From: Hydrogenobacter sp.
GTDB taxonomy: Bacteria; Aquificota; Aquificia; Aquificales; Aquificaceae
Direction of reading: 5' to 3'
DNA: 64,000 nt
Assembly: GCA_023255875.1 (NCBI GenBank)
Contig: JAGDVY010000040.1
Coordinates: 70,003 to 134,002, forward strand
The position numbers were made by a program, and so were the translations under genes. Below, in pieces: positions 9,794-20,168 of this stretch. The notes beneath the pieces are model-generated. The model saw only the letters and a program-made list of their open reading frames with translations, was not told the DNA's origin and ran no database searches. Position 1 is the first letter of the stretch. Every line of letters starts with the position of its first letter.

Positions 9794-11462
9794 CAATACC
9801 TTTGTGTAATAGCTCACTAATAGCGCGTTTAATAAGGACAGGATCAAAACCTGCAGAACGCATACTTGCTATAAAGAGACTTGGTAATGCGTTGGCATGT
9901 ATTAGCGTGTCCTTTATGGTACCATCCTCAAAGTACATATACTTTTCAAGTTCAGCTTTTATTTTCAAAAATCCATCTTCATTCATATTCGCAATAATTT
10001 GGTTTAAAGCTTGTATATAAAAACTTTTGTCAGGAGCAGATGGAATATCTATGCCAATCTTCATAGTCTTAAGAGAATTAAGAGCCATACGGAAGGCATT
10101 TTCACTGAGAGGATTTCCCCATGCTGGAAAGACTTTACTTATTCGCAAACCTTCCAACACTTCAAGGGCGTTATACACCGCTTTTGAACAGGGCATGCTA
10201 AGAGAAGCGTACAGGACCACATCCTCTATATTGGGATCTTCAGAAAGAGAAAACTCCTCTGGCGTGCGCAAGGAACTAAAAAGATGAGAAGTAAATAAAA
10301 AGCCCGTTCCTTCCTCGTAGAGGGCAAAGGTCCCTTTATAGGGTACAAAAGGTATGGGTAAGATACGAAGCACATCACCCGTTGACAGCTTTATTTTCAT
10401 ACCTGGGAGGTTCTCTACAAGCCTTATGCGGGACATGGGAACACCAGACTTATTTAGCCATTTGGCTACATTCATAGATGTTATAACTTGAAGCTTAGGG
10501 CTACTTTGAAGCATACTGAGAATAGTGGCGCATTCATGAGCTCCAGAATCAAGCAGGACAACCGCTTTTATTATGTCTATAGTGCTTAAAATCTCTTCTA
10601 TTTTCGCCTTTACCTGAGCATAATCCTCAAGTGTGCCTGTGTTTATAAGTATAGGAATTTTTACATCCTCCCTTTCGTATATACGAAGATACACATTGGA
10701 GTGGAGCAAGAACTTGCTATCTTGCACACCTACCCAGAAAAGTCCCTTCCCAAGCTCAACAGGTTGTGTAAGGTCTGCCTTCTTGGGTAAAGAAACTGGT
10801 TTTTGCACTTTATCCTGAGTAAGTATAGCAGTTTCTGAAAACAGTTTCCTGAAGAACTCTTCAGTATTTGAGGAGCCTTCCTCAGGATAGCTTTTTCCAG
10901 CGTAAGGAAAGAGCTCTATCCTTATATCATCAAAAACAAGTATATCTTTAATATCCTCTATAGGACAGCTTGTCCCAACGATTTGTCCTTCTTTTATGTA
11001 AATACTACAGCTTTTTTCAGAAGCTTTAAGACTCATAATAGAAGATATACCACGCCTAAGGAGGTGCAAAAGAAGATTTACAGGACCAATTAGAGGTAAA
11101 TGCTTTGGATCAGTCTCTCCTCTGTTTAACCACACTGCCTTTGTGAGAAGGTCAAGAGGATTAAAGGGAAGGAGAATAAAGTTAAGGTCAGTAAAACCCA
11201 AAGCTTTTAGTTTTTCTGCATCCTCATACTTATCTATGAAAAACACAGGTATAGGAAACTTCCCCGCTTTGATGGTTTCTAACCAAAAGTTCAGGTGCTT
11301 AAGCTCCATAAGGATTATATCAAAGGAAGTAGCATCAAGAAGCTCCCTTGCCTTTTGCTCATCCAACGCTACAAGAAGTTTATGACCAGTCACATCAAAA
11401 ATGTCGCTTATAAGAGAAAAAAACTTTCTGTTTTCATCTATCAAGAGAAACCTTATACCCAT
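9780..11462 (-). CDS. Multidomain protein: receiver-like + PATAN/DUF4388-like + MBL-fold (ODP/FprA-like) domain
   Basis: N-terminal FLLIDE..DIILME receiver pattern; IYIKEGQIV segment; LFWVG..SNVYL..ILINTG MBL-fold pattern with degenerate metal ligands. Confidence 0.65.
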   Translation of the reverse strand: MGIRFLLIDENRKFFSLISDIFDVTGHKLLVALDEQKARELLDATSFDIILMELKHLNFWLETIKAGKFPIPVFFIDKYEDAEKLKALGFTDLNFILLPFNPLDLLTKAVWLNRGETDPKHLPLIGPVNLLLHLLRRGISSIMSLKASEKSCSIYIKEGQIVGTSCPIEDIKDILVFDDIRIELFPYAGKSYPEEGSSNTEEFFRKLFSETAILTQDKVQKPVSLPKKADLTQPVELGKGLFWVGVQDSKFLLHSNVYLRIYEREDVKIPILINTGTLEDYAQVKAKIEEILSTIDIIKAVVLLDSGAHECATILSMLQSSPKLQVITSMNVAKWLNKSGVPMSRIRLVENLPGMKIKLSTGDVLRILPIPFVPYKGTFALYEEGTGFLFTSHLFSSLRTPEEFSLSEDPNIEDVVLYASLSMPCSKAVYNALEVLEGLRISKVFPAWGNPLSENAFRMALNSLKTMKIGIDIPSAPDKSFYIQALNQIIANMNEDGFLKIKAELEKYMYFEDGTIKDTLIHANALPSLFIASMRSAGFDPVLIKRAISELLHKGIAIDL

Positions 11463-11710
11463 TAATAGACCTCCTTTTTCTTGGATGCCACCTCAAGCAG
11501 TTTCAGCTGATCCTTGAGTATGTTTAAGGATTGGACAACCATAAAAAAGGCATGTTCCACGTTTATAAGAGCGGACTGAAAGGAAAGGTCATCTGTGAGA
11601 AGTCTTAACTCCCTAAACTTTCTGTAATATTCATCAAGCTCTGTTCCAAAATCTAAGATGCTTTTTATAACCTCTTGGGATAATTTTAAAGCCTCTCCCT
11701 TTGTGTCCAT
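11462..11710 (-). CDS. Hypothetical helical protein
   Basis: 82-aa ORF, stop/start coupled to both neighbours, typical codon usage. Confidence 0.7.
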   Translation of the reverse strand: MDTKGEALKLSQEVIKSILDFGTELDEYYRKFRELRLLTDDLSFQSALINVEHAFFMVVQSLNILKDQLKLLEVASKKKEVY

Positions 11711-12057
11711 ATGTTTCCTATCTCCTCACCTTCCTTTCTTGGCATATTATACCTGCTGAAAAGAATAGATTCAAGTTTTTTAAAGTCTAAAGGTTCAAGT
11801 CCTTCAAAAACAAGCACATCAAGATCTTCATTTTTTTCATACCTTACACAAACATCCGCTTTATTTTCAAAAGCAAATACATCACCTCCGCCAGCCATGA
11901 ATCCCGTGCTAAGTGCCATAATTAAAAAGTTAAGATGGCTAACGCACATGGTGGGTTTGCGTATTTCCTTGTCTATGCTAAGAAGGGTACAAAGGGCAAG
12001 TCCTACGCGAAAAAGATTTTCCCCAGTAAAAGGATAAATGCCTCTCTTTCCTAACAT
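11686..12057 (-). CDS. Hypothetical protein resembling phosphohexomutase domain I
   Basis: LGKRGI..FT.ENLFRVGLAL and MALSTGFMAGGGDV resemble the PGM/PMM N-terminus; SD AGGAG before ATG 12057. Confidence 0.55.
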   Translation of the reverse strand: MLGKRGIYPFTGENLFRVGLALCTLLSIDKEIRKPTMCVSHLNFLIMALSTGFMAGGGDVFAFENKADVCVRYEKNEDLDVLVFEGLEPLDFKKLESILFSRYNMPRKEGEEIGNIWTQRERL

Positions 12058-12067
12058 TTTGTTCTCC

Positions 12068-12853
12068 TTAAATAGGCTCTCCGACAGCATCTTCTACCAC
12101 CTTTTCTATCTTCTCTATTGGGGTTAAATGTTTGCCTGCAAGAACAAAAAACTCTTCGTTTCCCTTTGAGCCTTTGGGCTTGGACTTTATCACACCTCCT
12201 ACATTAAAACCAAGTTCCTGCAAATGCTTGCACACTTTCAAAACCGCATATGCCTTGTCTTTTGGATCTCTTACTATTCCCTTTTTTACTTTCTCAGGAG
12301 TAAGCTCAAATTGGGGTTTTACAAGAATGAGCGCTATCCCATCTTCTTTGAGAAATTTAAGCACATGCGAGAGTATCTTGGTCAAGGATATAAAGGATAC
12401 ATCTACTGTTATGAGATCCACTTTTTGAGGTATGTGATCTTCTGTGAGGCTTCTTGCATCTGTCTCTTCGTATAGAATTACTCTTGGATCTTTGCGAAGC
12501 TTTATATCCATCTGAGCCCTTCCCACATCTACCGCATAAACCTTTAAAGCACCTCTTTGCAAAAGACAGTCAGTAAAGCCTCCTGTTGATGAACCCACAT
12601 CAAGAGCGACAAGGCCTTTTACATCTACCTTAAAGCGCTCCAATGCGTGTTCCAGCTTGTACCCTCCCCGAGAGACATACCTCATAGTTTCTTTGACTTC
12701 TATCCTTTGTCCTTCCTTTACCAAAAAGCCCGGTTTATCCACAATATGACCATCAACAACTACCAGACCTGACATTATAAGAGCTTGTGCCTTTTCACGC
12801 GAGCTTGCAAAACCAAGTTCAAGAAGCTTTTTATCCAGCCTCTCGCGAGGCAT
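12068..12853 (-). CDS. tlyA: TlyA family RNA methyltransferase
   Basis: S4 domain, YVSRGGYKL, DVGSSTGGFTD, DVSFISL, LVKPQFE. Confidence 0.95.
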   Translation of the reverse strand: MPRERLDKKLLELGFASSREKAQALIMSGLVVVDGHIVDKPGFLVKEGQRIEVKETMRYVSRGGYKLEHALERFKVDVKGLVALDVGSSTGGFTDCLLQRGALKVYAVDVGRAQMDIKLRKDPRVILYEETDARSLTEDHIPQKVDLITVDVSFISLTKILSHVLKFLKEDGIALILVKPQFELTPEKVKKGIVRDPKDKAYAVLKVCKHLQELGFNVGGVIKSKPKGSKGNEEFFVLAGKHLTPIEKIEKVVEDAVGEPI

Positions 12854-13092
12854 TAGAGTTTCAGAAGATACTTTATAAGGTATATCAAAAAGATAAGTAC
12901 CATAGGAGAGAAATCAAGGCCATTGATAGGCTTGATCACGGACCTTATGGGTTCAAGCATGGGAGAAACAATGCGATCTGTAAATGCATAAAGTTTGCTG
13001 TTTCTAAGGGAAGGGAACCAAGAAGCCAAAGCATGGAAAACTATTACCAGTATGAGAATATCCAAAAGTAGGGATAAAATACCTTTCATCAC
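12853..13092 (-). CDS. yggT: YggT family membrane protein
   Basis: [24 protein letters not shown]. Confidence 0.9.
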   Translation of the reverse strand: MMKGILSLLLDILILVIVFHALASWFPSLRNSKLYAFTDRIVSPMLEPIRSVIKPINGLDFSPMVLIFLIYLIKYLLKL

Positions 13093-13445
13093 TCTACAAA
13101 CTCAAGTATAGCAAGCTCACAACCGTCTCCTATACGCCTAAAGGGAAGCTTTATGATCCTTGTGTATCCACCGTTTCTTCCTTCGTATCTGGGTGCTATG
13201 TCCTCAAAGAGCTTTCTTATAGCTTCTTTGTTGGGCAATATGGCTAAGGCTCTCCTCCTTGATGCAAGGTCTCCTTTTTTTGCCAAGGTTATGAGCTTTT
13301 CTGCTAAGGGTCTTACCGCCTTTGCCTTCTGCAGGGATGTTTCTATCCTCTCTTCCTTTATAAGAGCAAGCAGAAGCGATCTGTATAGAGCCAACCTCTG
13401 TTCTTTAGTTCTGTCAAAGTGTTTCTTCTTAACCTTGTGTCTCAT
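13089..13445 (-). CDS. rplQ: 50S ribosomal protein L17
   Basis: [20 protein letters not shown]. Confidence 0.98.
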   Translation of the reverse strand: MRHKVKKKHFDRTKEQRLALYRSLLLALIKEERIETSLQKAKAVRPLAEKLITLAKKGDLASRRRALAILPNKEAIRKLFEDIAPRYEGRNGGYTRIIKLPFRRIGDGCELAILEFVE

Positions 13446-13448
13446 AAC

Positions 13449-14399
13449 TTACCTCCTGCTTTCTATGTCCATACCTAAGTATAATCCCATCTGCTTTAGG
13501 GCTTCCTTTATTTCGTTTATAGCTTTTCTTCCTATGTTCTTGGTGCTCTTGAGGTCTTCCTCGGAGAGTTTGACCAGATCCCCTATGGTGTTTATACCCA
13601 TCCTCTTTATGGAATTGAGCGCTCTTTGGGACACATCAAGCTCTTCTACTGGAAGACTGAGCTTTTCCAAAAACTCATCTATTACTACGGGCTCTTCTGT
13701 TACAGGCAATTCGTAGGATATGTGTTCTAAGATTGAGAAGTGCTTCATAAGTATGGATACTGCTTCTTTTACCACCTCTTCTGGTGTCTTTGTTCCGTCC
13801 GTGTAGACTTCCATTATGAGTTTATCGTAATCGCTCCTTTTTTCTACCCTTGTCTTTTCAACCTTGAAGCTAACCTGACGAACGGGGGAAAAGTCTGCGT
13901 CCACAAGTATCCAGCCTATCTCACCTATAACTTCCATCTCTTCGGTGGGCAAGTATCCAAAGCCTCTTTCTATCTTTATCTCCATATGAAGCTCTTTGTT
14001 GGGGTCAGTTATGGTTGCTATCTTTTGATCAGGGTTTACTACTTCCACGTGAGGTGGAAGCGCTATATCCCTTGCAGTTATTACTCCCTCACCGCTCTTT
14101 TTCAGGTATAGGGTTTCCACATCGCCTTCCTTTAGGTTAAACCTAACTTTCTTGAGGTTGGCTATAATCTCAAGCACATCCTCTTGAATACCTTCTATGG
14201 CAGAAAACTCATGATATACACCGTAGATCTTTACCGCTGTTATGGCAGTGCCCTGAATGGAAGAAAGAAGGGTCCTTCTGAGGGAATTACCTAAGGTAAT
14301 ACCAAAGCCACGCTCTAAGGGTTCTACCACAAACCTTCCATAAGTTCTATCTCTCTCTTCCCAATAAACCTTAGAAGGAAAAAGAAACTCTCTTTGCAT
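13449..14399 (-). CDS. rpoA: RNA polymerase alpha subunit
   Basis: EPLERGFGITLGNSLRRTLLSS; alpha-CTD. Confidence 0.98.
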   Translation of the reverse strand: MQREFLFPSKVYWEERDRTYGRFVVEPLERGFGITLGNSLRRTLLSSIQGTAITAVKIYGVYHEFSAIEGIQEDVLEIIANLKKVRFNLKEGDVETLYLKKSGEGVITARDIALPPHVEVVNPDQKIATITDPNKELHMEIKIERGFGYLPTEEMEVIGEIGWILVDADFSPVRQVSFKVEKTRVEKRSDYDKLIMEVYTDGTKTPEEVVKEAVSILMKHFSILEHISYELPVTEEPVVIDEFLEKLSLPVEELDVSQRALNSIKRMGINTIGDLVKLSEEDLKSTKNIGRKAINEIKEALKQMGLYLGMDIESRR

Positions 14400-14411
14400 A
14401 ATAGGACCTCC

Positions 14412-15041
14412 TTAGACTCTTGAGTAGAACTCAATAACGTACTGCAAGTTAATGGGAATTTCAAGTTGGACATCTTTAGGAAGGTCAATTACCTTTCCTC
14501 TGAAATTCTCCTTATCCAGTTCTAACCAAGGTGGCACACTTCTTGGGTCCACATTTTCTATGTTTTCTCTAAACTGAGGCACATCCCTTGAGCTGGGCTT
14601 TAGCTCTATGATGTCTCCCACATTCACACGGTAGGATGGTATGTCTACCTTTTTCCCATTTACCAGTATGTGTCCATGTGATACCATCTGCCTTGCTTGT
14701 CTTCTTGTTGAAGCCATGCCAAGTCTGTAGACTACATTGTCAAGCCTTCTTTCAAGAAGCTGAAGCAGGACTTGTCCTGTATTACCCTTTGCCTTGGAAG
14801 CTTCTTCAAAGTATCTCTTGAACTGCTTTTCCCTTATACCACCATAGAGGAACTTGAGCTTTTGTTTTTCCATAAGGCGGAGTCCATACTCTGTGAGCTT
14901 TCTCTTCCTTCCCTTAACCCTACCGTGCTGACCTGGTGGAAAGTTTCTTCTTGATAGTATTTTACCTGCGCTTTTTTTACCAGAAACTACAACTCCAAAC
15001 CTTCTGTCTATTCTACACCATGGTCCTATGTACCTACCCAT
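14412..15041 (-). CDS. rpsD: 30S ribosomal protein S4
   Basis: MGRYIGP, PPGQHG, LERRLDNVVYRLG; SD GAGGAGG before ATG 15041. Confidence 0.98.
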   Translation of the reverse strand: MGRYIGPWCRIDRRFGVVVSGKKSAGKILSRRNFPPGQHGRVKGRKRKLTEYGLRLMEKQKLKFLYGGIREKQFKRYFEEASKAKGNTGQVLLQLLERRLDNVVYRLGMASTRRQARQMVSHGHILVNGKKVDIPSYRVNVGDIIELKPSSRDVPQFRENIENVDPRSVPPWLELDKENFRGKVIDLPKDVQLEIPINLQYVIEFYSRV

Positions 15042-15042
15042 C

Positions 15043-15432
15043 TTATACCCTCCTCTTAGCAGGTGGCCTACATCCGTTGTGAGGTATTGGAGTGACATCT
15101 CTTATGAGCTTTATCTTGAGGCCAGAAGCATATATGGCTCTCAGAGCGGATTCTCTTCCTGCACCTGCGCCCTTTATTCTCACCTCTACTTCCTGAAGAC
15201 CATACTCCTGCATGGCTCTTTTGGCAGCCTTTTGTGCTGCAAGCTGTGCAGCATAAGGAGTACTCTTCCTTGTTCCTTTAAAACCTACAGTACCGCCACT
15301 TTCCCAAACTAGTGTGTTTCCTTGCATATCCGTTATGGTTACTATGGTGTTATTAAAAGTGCTAAGTATATGCACTATACCCTGTGTTACAGTTCTTTTT
15401 TGCTTTTTAGCTTGTCCTTTCTTCTTAGCCAT
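15043..15432 (-). CDS. rpsK: 30S ribosomal protein S11
   Basis: [25 protein letters not shown]. Confidence 0.98.
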   Translation of the reverse strand: MAKKKGQAKKQKRTVTQGIVHILSTFNNTIVTITDMQGNTLVWESGGTVGFKGTRKSTPYAAQLAAQKAAKRAMQEYGLQEVEVRIKGAGAGRESALRAIYASGLKIKLIRDVTPIPHNGCRPPAKRRV

Positions 15433-15442
15433 CAGAAACCTC

Positions 15443-15823
15443 CTATTTAACTACTTTCTTCCTAGTACCACCTACAGTTTTTCTTTTACCTTTTCTAGTT
15501 CTTGCATTGGTCCTAGTTTGTTGCCCTCTTACAGGTAAGCCTTTAGCGTGTCTTAGTCCTCTGTAACAACCCATGTCTATAAGCCTCTTTATGTTCATCT
15601 GCACCTCTCTTCTGAGATCGCCCTCTACTTTGTAGTTTTGTTCTATGAACCTTCTTATGGTGTTTAGCTCCTCAGGAGTTAACTCACCAAGCCTTTTAGT
15701 ACAAGGAATACCTGTCTTTTCGCATATCTCTTTAGCTCTTGACCAACCTATGCCATAAAGGTAAGTCAATGCAACCTCTAACTTTTTGTGATCAGGAAGA
15801 TCAACACCTGCTATTCTTGCCAT
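15443..15823 (-). CDS. rpsM: 30S ribosomal protein S13
   Basis: [27 protein letters not shown]. Confidence 0.98.
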   Translation of the reverse strand: MARIAGVDLPDHKKLEVALTYLYGIGWSRAKEICEKTGIPCTKRLGELTPEELNTIRRFIEQNYKVEGDLRREVQMNIKRLIDMGCYRGLRHAKGLPVRGQQTRTNARTRKGKRKTVGGTRKKVVK

Positions 15824-15834
15824 AACTTACCTCC

Positions 15835-15951
15835 TTAAGAACCTTGCCTCTGCTTATGCTTTGGATTCTCACATATAACCATAATCCTTCCTTTTCTTCT
15901 TATGATTTTGCATTTGGCACACATAGGCTTTACAGATGGCCTTACCTTCAT
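15835..15951 (-). CDS. rpmJ: 50S ribosomal protein L36 (Zn-binding type)
   Basis: Below the ORF-track cutoff; hand translation [38 protein letters not shown]. Confidence 0.97.
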   Translation of the reverse strand: MKVRPSVKPMCAKCKIIRRKGRIMVICENPKHKQRQGS

Positions 15952-15963
15952 CACGCACCTCCT

Positions 15964-16203
15964 TTATACCCTATAAACTATCCTGCCTCTGGTAAGATCG
16001 TAAGGTGATAGCTCCACTTTGACCCTGTCTCCTGGCAGTATCCTTATAAAGTGAACGCGCATTTTACCAGACACATGAGCCAAAACTTCGTGCCCTGTGT
16101 CCAGCTTTACTCGGAACATGGCATTAGGCAGAGCTTCTGTCACTGTACCCTCAAGCACTATTCCTTTTTCTTTGTACTGATGATCGTCCTTTTTCTTACC
16201 CAT
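15964..16203 (-). CDS. infA: Translation initiation factor IF-1
   Basis: [28 protein letters not shown]. Confidence 0.98.
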   Translation of the reverse strand: MGKKKDDHQYKEKGIVLEGTVTEALPNAMFRVKLDTGHEVLAHVSGKMRVHFIRILPGDRVKVELSPYDLTRGRIVYRV

Positions 16204-16981
16204 TTCTAAACTCCGTAAGCACCATAGGTCCGTCTTTGGTTATAGCTACAGTGTACTCAAAGTGAGCGGATGGGCTTTTGTCTGCTGTATGGACAGTCCA
16301 ACCATCTCCATCAAGCATCGTGTCCTCTGTCCCCAAAGCAAACATGGGTTCAATGGCTACTACCATTCCCTGTCTTAACTTTACATCTCTTTTATCCAGG
16401 TCCTTTAAGTTGTTGGGTATGAAAGGTTCCTCGTGCACTCTTCTGCCAATGCCATGACCACCAAGACCTCTGACAGGATACACACCGTACTTTTGGGCGG
16501 TGCTATGTATTGCGCGCGTTATATCACTTACCCATCTTCCTGGCACACACATCTTAACAGCCTCTTCCAAAGCCTCTTTTGTAGCCTTCAAGAGCATCTC
16601 CTCCTTCTGTCCTACCTTACCAACAGCTACAGTTATAGCGGAATCTCCTGCGTATCCATCTATTATAGCACCAAAATCCAAACTTACCAAGTCCCCCTCT
16701 TTTATGATCTGATCCTTTTTGGGAAGTCCATGAACTACTGCGGAATTTATAGATACGCATATGGCTGCAGGATAAGGAGTCTTACTAAAGGGAGGTCTGT
16801 AGTTTAGAAACGCAGGACGAGCACCTCTCTTTTTACTTTCCTCTCTTGCTATCATATCTATGTCGTAAGTGGAGATGCCCGGCTTTATCTGTTCTGCAAC
16901 TCTTTGTAATACCTCCACTACCACAAGACACGCTTTCCTAATCTTCTCTATCTCTTTAAGAGAGTAAAGCTCAACGTTCAT
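16196..16981 (-). CDS. map: Methionine aminopeptidase type I
   Basis: [27 protein letters not shown]. Confidence 0.97.
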   Translation of the reverse strand: MNVELYSLKEIEKIRKACLVVVEVLQRVAEQIKPGISTYDIDMIAREESKKRGARPAFLNYRPPFSKTPYPAAICVSINSAVVHGLPKKDQIIKEGDLVSLDFGAIIDGYAGDSAITVAVGKVGQKEEMLLKATKEALEEAVKMCVPGRWVSDITRAIHSTAQKYGVYPVRGLGGHGIGRRVHEEPFIPNNLKDLDKRDVKLRQGMVVAIEPMFALGTEDTMLDGDGWTVHTADKSPSAHFEYTVAITKDGPMVLTEFRNG

Positions 16982-17612
16982 CCTTTAGTGCCTTTTTGAT
17001 CTCTTCATGTAGCTCTTCTATGCTCTTGCGAGCGTCCAATCTGATCAATTTATTCTCTTTTTCATAAAAGTCAATAAGCTCTGCAGTCTGCTTTCTGTAG
17101 ACCTCAAGCCTCTTTCTTACTACTTCTTCTTTATCATCTTCTCTTTGAATGAGCTTTGTGCCACATATATCACAAGTTTCATCATCTTTTGGTGGGTTAA
17201 ACTTTATGTGATACACCGCACCGCACTTGGGGCATATCCGTCTGCCGGATAATCTCTCTACTATGTAGTCATCTTCTATTTCAAAGAAAAACACTTTATC
17301 CACACTTCTGTTGTATTTGCTGAGCATATCTTCCAAAGCCTTGGCTTGCTGTAGAGTTCTTGGAAACCCATCAAGTATTACGTTTTCTTCATGTGATACT
17401 TCTTCTTCTACCATGGCTATTACCAACTCGTCAGGGACTAACTCTCCTCTGTCCATATACTCTTTGGCTTTCAGTCCCAAAGGCGTTTGTTTTTCTACTG
17501 CAGACCTTAGCATGTCTCCTGTTGATACGTGTTTGAGTTTTAGTTCTTGAGATATGAGCTTAGCTTGTGTCCCTTTTCCTGCACCGGGAGGACCCAAAAA
17601 TACCACTATCAT
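16971..17612 (-). CDS. adk: Adenylate kinase (Zn-lid)
   Basis: GPPGAGKGTQA, LDGFPR, CPKC..CDIC. Confidence 0.98.
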   Translation of the reverse strand: MIVVFLGPPGAGKGTQAKLISQELKLKHVSTGDMLRSAVEKQTPLGLKAKEYMDRGELVPDELVIAMVEEEVSHEENVILDGFPRTLQQAKALEDMLSKYNRSVDKVFFFEIEDDYIVERLSGRRICPKCGAVYHIKFNPPKDDETCDICGTKLIQREDDKEEVVRKRLEVYRKQTAELIDFYEKENKLIRLDARKSIEELHEEIKKALKDER

Positions 17613-18907
17613 GATCTTCTCCTTCTCATGTATCCTGCGTACTTTTTCTGTATCATCTGCGTTTCTATCTTATTGAGGGTGTCAAGAGCTACACCCACAA
17701 CTATTAAAGCTGTTGTACCACCAAAGTAGAAGGGTACTTTTAACCACAGGCTGATGAATATGGGTATTATGGCTACCACGCTTAGGAATATGGCACCTAC
17801 AAAGGCGAGCCTGTTTATGATACCTTCCAAGAGTTTTTGGGTGTCTTGACCAGGTCTAACTCCAGGCACAAAGGCACCTGCTTTTTTGAGGTTATCCGCA
17901 ACATCTACCGGATTTATAAGTACAGCAGTGTAAAAGTAAGTGAAGAAGATTATGAAAAGCACATAGAGAAAGTTATAGAAAGGTGTTGTTGGATTAAAGG
18001 CATCGTGCAAAAGGCGTGCTATAGGATGGTTTATAAACCCTAATACGGTAGAAGGTATTATGAGCAAGGATTGGGCAAAGATGATGGGTATCACACCAGC
18101 AGGGTTTATTTTTATAGGAAGGTAAGTGGAACCTCCTGCCAATTCCTGCCTCCCTATCTGTCTTCTGGGATACTGTATGGGAATCCTTCTTTCTGCTTCT
18201 TGCATAAACACTATACCCACTATGACCCCTATGACAAAGATTATGGCACCAACGAATGCAAAGGGTGAGAGGTCTCCGTTTCTGAGCATTTCAAAGACTC
18301 GTATAGAAGCGTTGGGAAAGTTAGCCACTATACCAGCAAATATAAGTAAAGACATGCCATTTCCTATACCCTTTTCTGTTATCCTGTCTCCTACCCAAAC
18401 TAAAAACATGGTGGAAGACACAAGGGCTATTATGGTGGTAAGAGTGAAAAGTATCCCACCTTCTGGGACCACGGGAAATCCGCGAGGTGATACCTGATTT
18501 TGAAGCCACACAGATATACCCAAGGCCTGCACAAAGGCGACAAGTACAGTCAGATATCTCGTGTATTGGTTTATCTTGTACCTTCCATAATCACCTTCTT
18601 CTTTGGCAAGCCTTTGAAGCTCTGGTATGGCAACGGTGAGAAGTTGCATCATGATGGATGCGGAAATGTAGGGCATGACACCAAGAGCAAAAAGGGTCAT
18701 ACGTCCAAGGTTTCCACCAGAAAATATGTCATAAAGGTAAAAAATGGTACCTTGAAAGCTCTTAAAAAAGTCTTCCAGAGCGGTAGTGTCTATACCCGGA
18801 AGGGGTATATGGCTACCTAACCTGTATATGGCAAGCATAAAAAGGGTATAGATAAGTCTGTTTCTGAAGTCTTCAATGGAGAAGAGTTGCCTTATGTACT
18901 CTACCAC
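17609..18907 (-). CDS. secY: Preprotein translocase subunit SecY
   Basis: [27 protein letters not shown]. Confidence 0.98.
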   Translation of the reverse strand: MVEYIRQLFSIEDFRNRLIYTLFMLAIYRLGSHIPLPGIDTTALEDFFKSFQGTIFYLYDIFSGGNLGRMTLFALGVMPYISASIMMQLLTVAIPELQRLAKEEGDYGRYKINQYTRYLTVLVAFVQALGISVWLQNQVSPRGFPVVPEGGILFTLTTIIALVSSTMFLVWVGDRITEKGIGNGMSLLIFAGIVANFPNASIRVFEMLRNGDLSPFAFVGAIIFVIGVIVGIVFMQEAERRIPIQYPRRQIGRQELAGGSTYLPIKINPAGVIPIIFAQSLLIIPSTVLGFINHPIARLLHDAFNPTTPFYNFLYVLFIIFFTYFYTAVLINPVDVADNLKKAGAFVPGVRPGQDTQKLLEGIINRLAFVGAIFLSVVAIIPIFISLWLKVPFYFGGTTALIVVGVALDTLNKIETQMIQKKYAGYMRRRRS

Positions 18908-19350
18908 TCTATAACCTCACAAGTACCACCTGCTTTTTCTATCTTCTCCTTTGCACTTGAGGAAAAGGCATGAGCTTTTACCGTAAACTTTTTAGTAAGC
19001 TCTCCATCACCCAATATTTTGACGGGCATGTTCTTTTTGACAAGCCCCTTATCGTAGAGTTTTTCGGGTGTGATCTCTTCACCTTCTGAGAAGTACTTTT
19101 CAAGGGTTTTTACATTGACAACGGAATAAACTACCCTGTTGGGACTGTTGAATCCCCTTTTGGGTATTCTTTTGTGAAGGGGTGTTTGTCCTCCTTCAAA
19201 CCAAGAGGGTAGTTTTCTGTCTCCTGACCTACTTTTTTGTCCTTTGTGTCCTTTACCACAAGTTTTACCATGTCCAGAACCTATACCTCTACCTACTCTC
19301 TTTTTCTCTTTTACCGCTCCTTCGTTGGGTGCAAGCTCATGAAGCTTCAT
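18901..19350 (-). CDS. rplO: 50S ribosomal protein L15
   Basis: [28 protein letters not shown]. Confidence 0.98.
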   Translation of the reverse strand: MKLHELAPNEGAVKEKKRVGRGIGSGHGKTCGKGHKGQKSRSGDRKLPSWFEGGQTPLHKRIPKRGFNSPNRVVYSVVNVKTLEKYFSEGEEITPEKLYDKGLVKKNMPVKILGDGELTKKFTVKAHAFSSSAKEKIEKAGGTCEVIEW

Positions 19351-19362
19351 GTTTTTCCTCCT

Positions 19363-19779
19363 TTAAAAAGGTAATTCGTCATCTTCTGAGTTCCAAAGCT
19401 TTTCATCCACATTTTGTTCCTCTGGTATGACCTCTTCTTCGGGTGTTTCATCAAGCCTGGGTTTGTTTATTATCCTTACAGATTCCGCTATTATCCTCAC
19501 TTTACTTTGCACCTTTCCTTCTCTATCAGTCCATCTTTCTTGACTGAGTCTTCCCTCTATAACCACTGTATAGCCTTTGGATATCCTTGTGCTTAAACTT
19601 TCAGCAAGCTTACCGTAAGCCTTCACATCAAAAAAATGGCTCTCCTCTCTCCAATCATCACCTACCTTATAGCGCCTGTTGTATGCTATGGAAAACTCCG
19701 TTGTCTGGCTTCCAGATGGCAGATACCTAACTACGGGATCTCTGGTGAGCCTTCCTATGATGAGTACTTTATTGAGCAT
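19363..19779 (-). CDS. ssb: Single-stranded DNA-binding protein
   Basis: NKVLIIGRLTRDP; acidic DDELPF tail. Confidence 0.97.
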   Translation of the reverse strand: MLNKVLIIGRLTRDPVVRYLPSGSQTTEFSIAYNRRYKVGDDWREESHFFDVKAYGKLAESLSTRISKGYTVVIEGRLSQERWTDREGKVQSKVRIIAESVRIINKPRLDETPEEEVIPEEQNVDEKLWNSEDDELPF

Positions 19780-20098
19780 CTTTTTTCTCCTTAACGTGGA
19801 AATTGAGCCACCTTATAATATCATCGCTTATCTTGTAGTAGAAGTCAAGCTCGTTGGGTAGTTGCGGATTTGTGGACCTTATGCGCAGAATAAAGTACCT
19901 GCCGTGTTGAAAGTTCTTTATAGGGTATGCGAGCTTTTTTAGTCCCCAGTCTTCTTCGTGAAGGATCTCTCCCCCTTTCTTTTGGATGGTGTCTCTGATC
20001 TCCTGAAGCTTTCTTTGTACTTCCTCTTCAGTTAGCGTAGGTTTAAGGACAAACACGCTTTCATAATGTCTTACAGTCTCATAATACCTCTTTGCCAT
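19769..20098 (-). CDS. rpsF: 30S ribosomal protein S6
   Basis: RHYESVFVL, WGLKKLAYPI, IIRWL. Confidence 0.97.
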   Translation of the reverse strand: MAKRYYETVRHYESVFVLKPTLTEEEVQRKLQEIRDTIQKKGGEILHEEDWGLKKLAYPIKNFQHGRYFILRIRSTNPQLPNELDFYYKISDDIIRWLNFHVKEKKDAQ

Positions 20099-20150
20099 CT
20101 TCTACCTCCTGGACTTTTAGGTCCCTACCCTTATGGTAGGAACGAGGTAT
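20099..20150 (-). promoter_or_regulatory. Structured rpsF 5' leader (candidate ribosomal-protein autoregulatory RNA)
   Basis: Extended -10 (TGATATAAT, core at 20157-20162); ACCUC can pair with the SD GAGGU, enclosing CCUACC/GGUAGG and GGAC/GUCC hairpins. Confidence 0.55.
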
Positions 20151-20168
20151 GTAATTATTATATCACCC

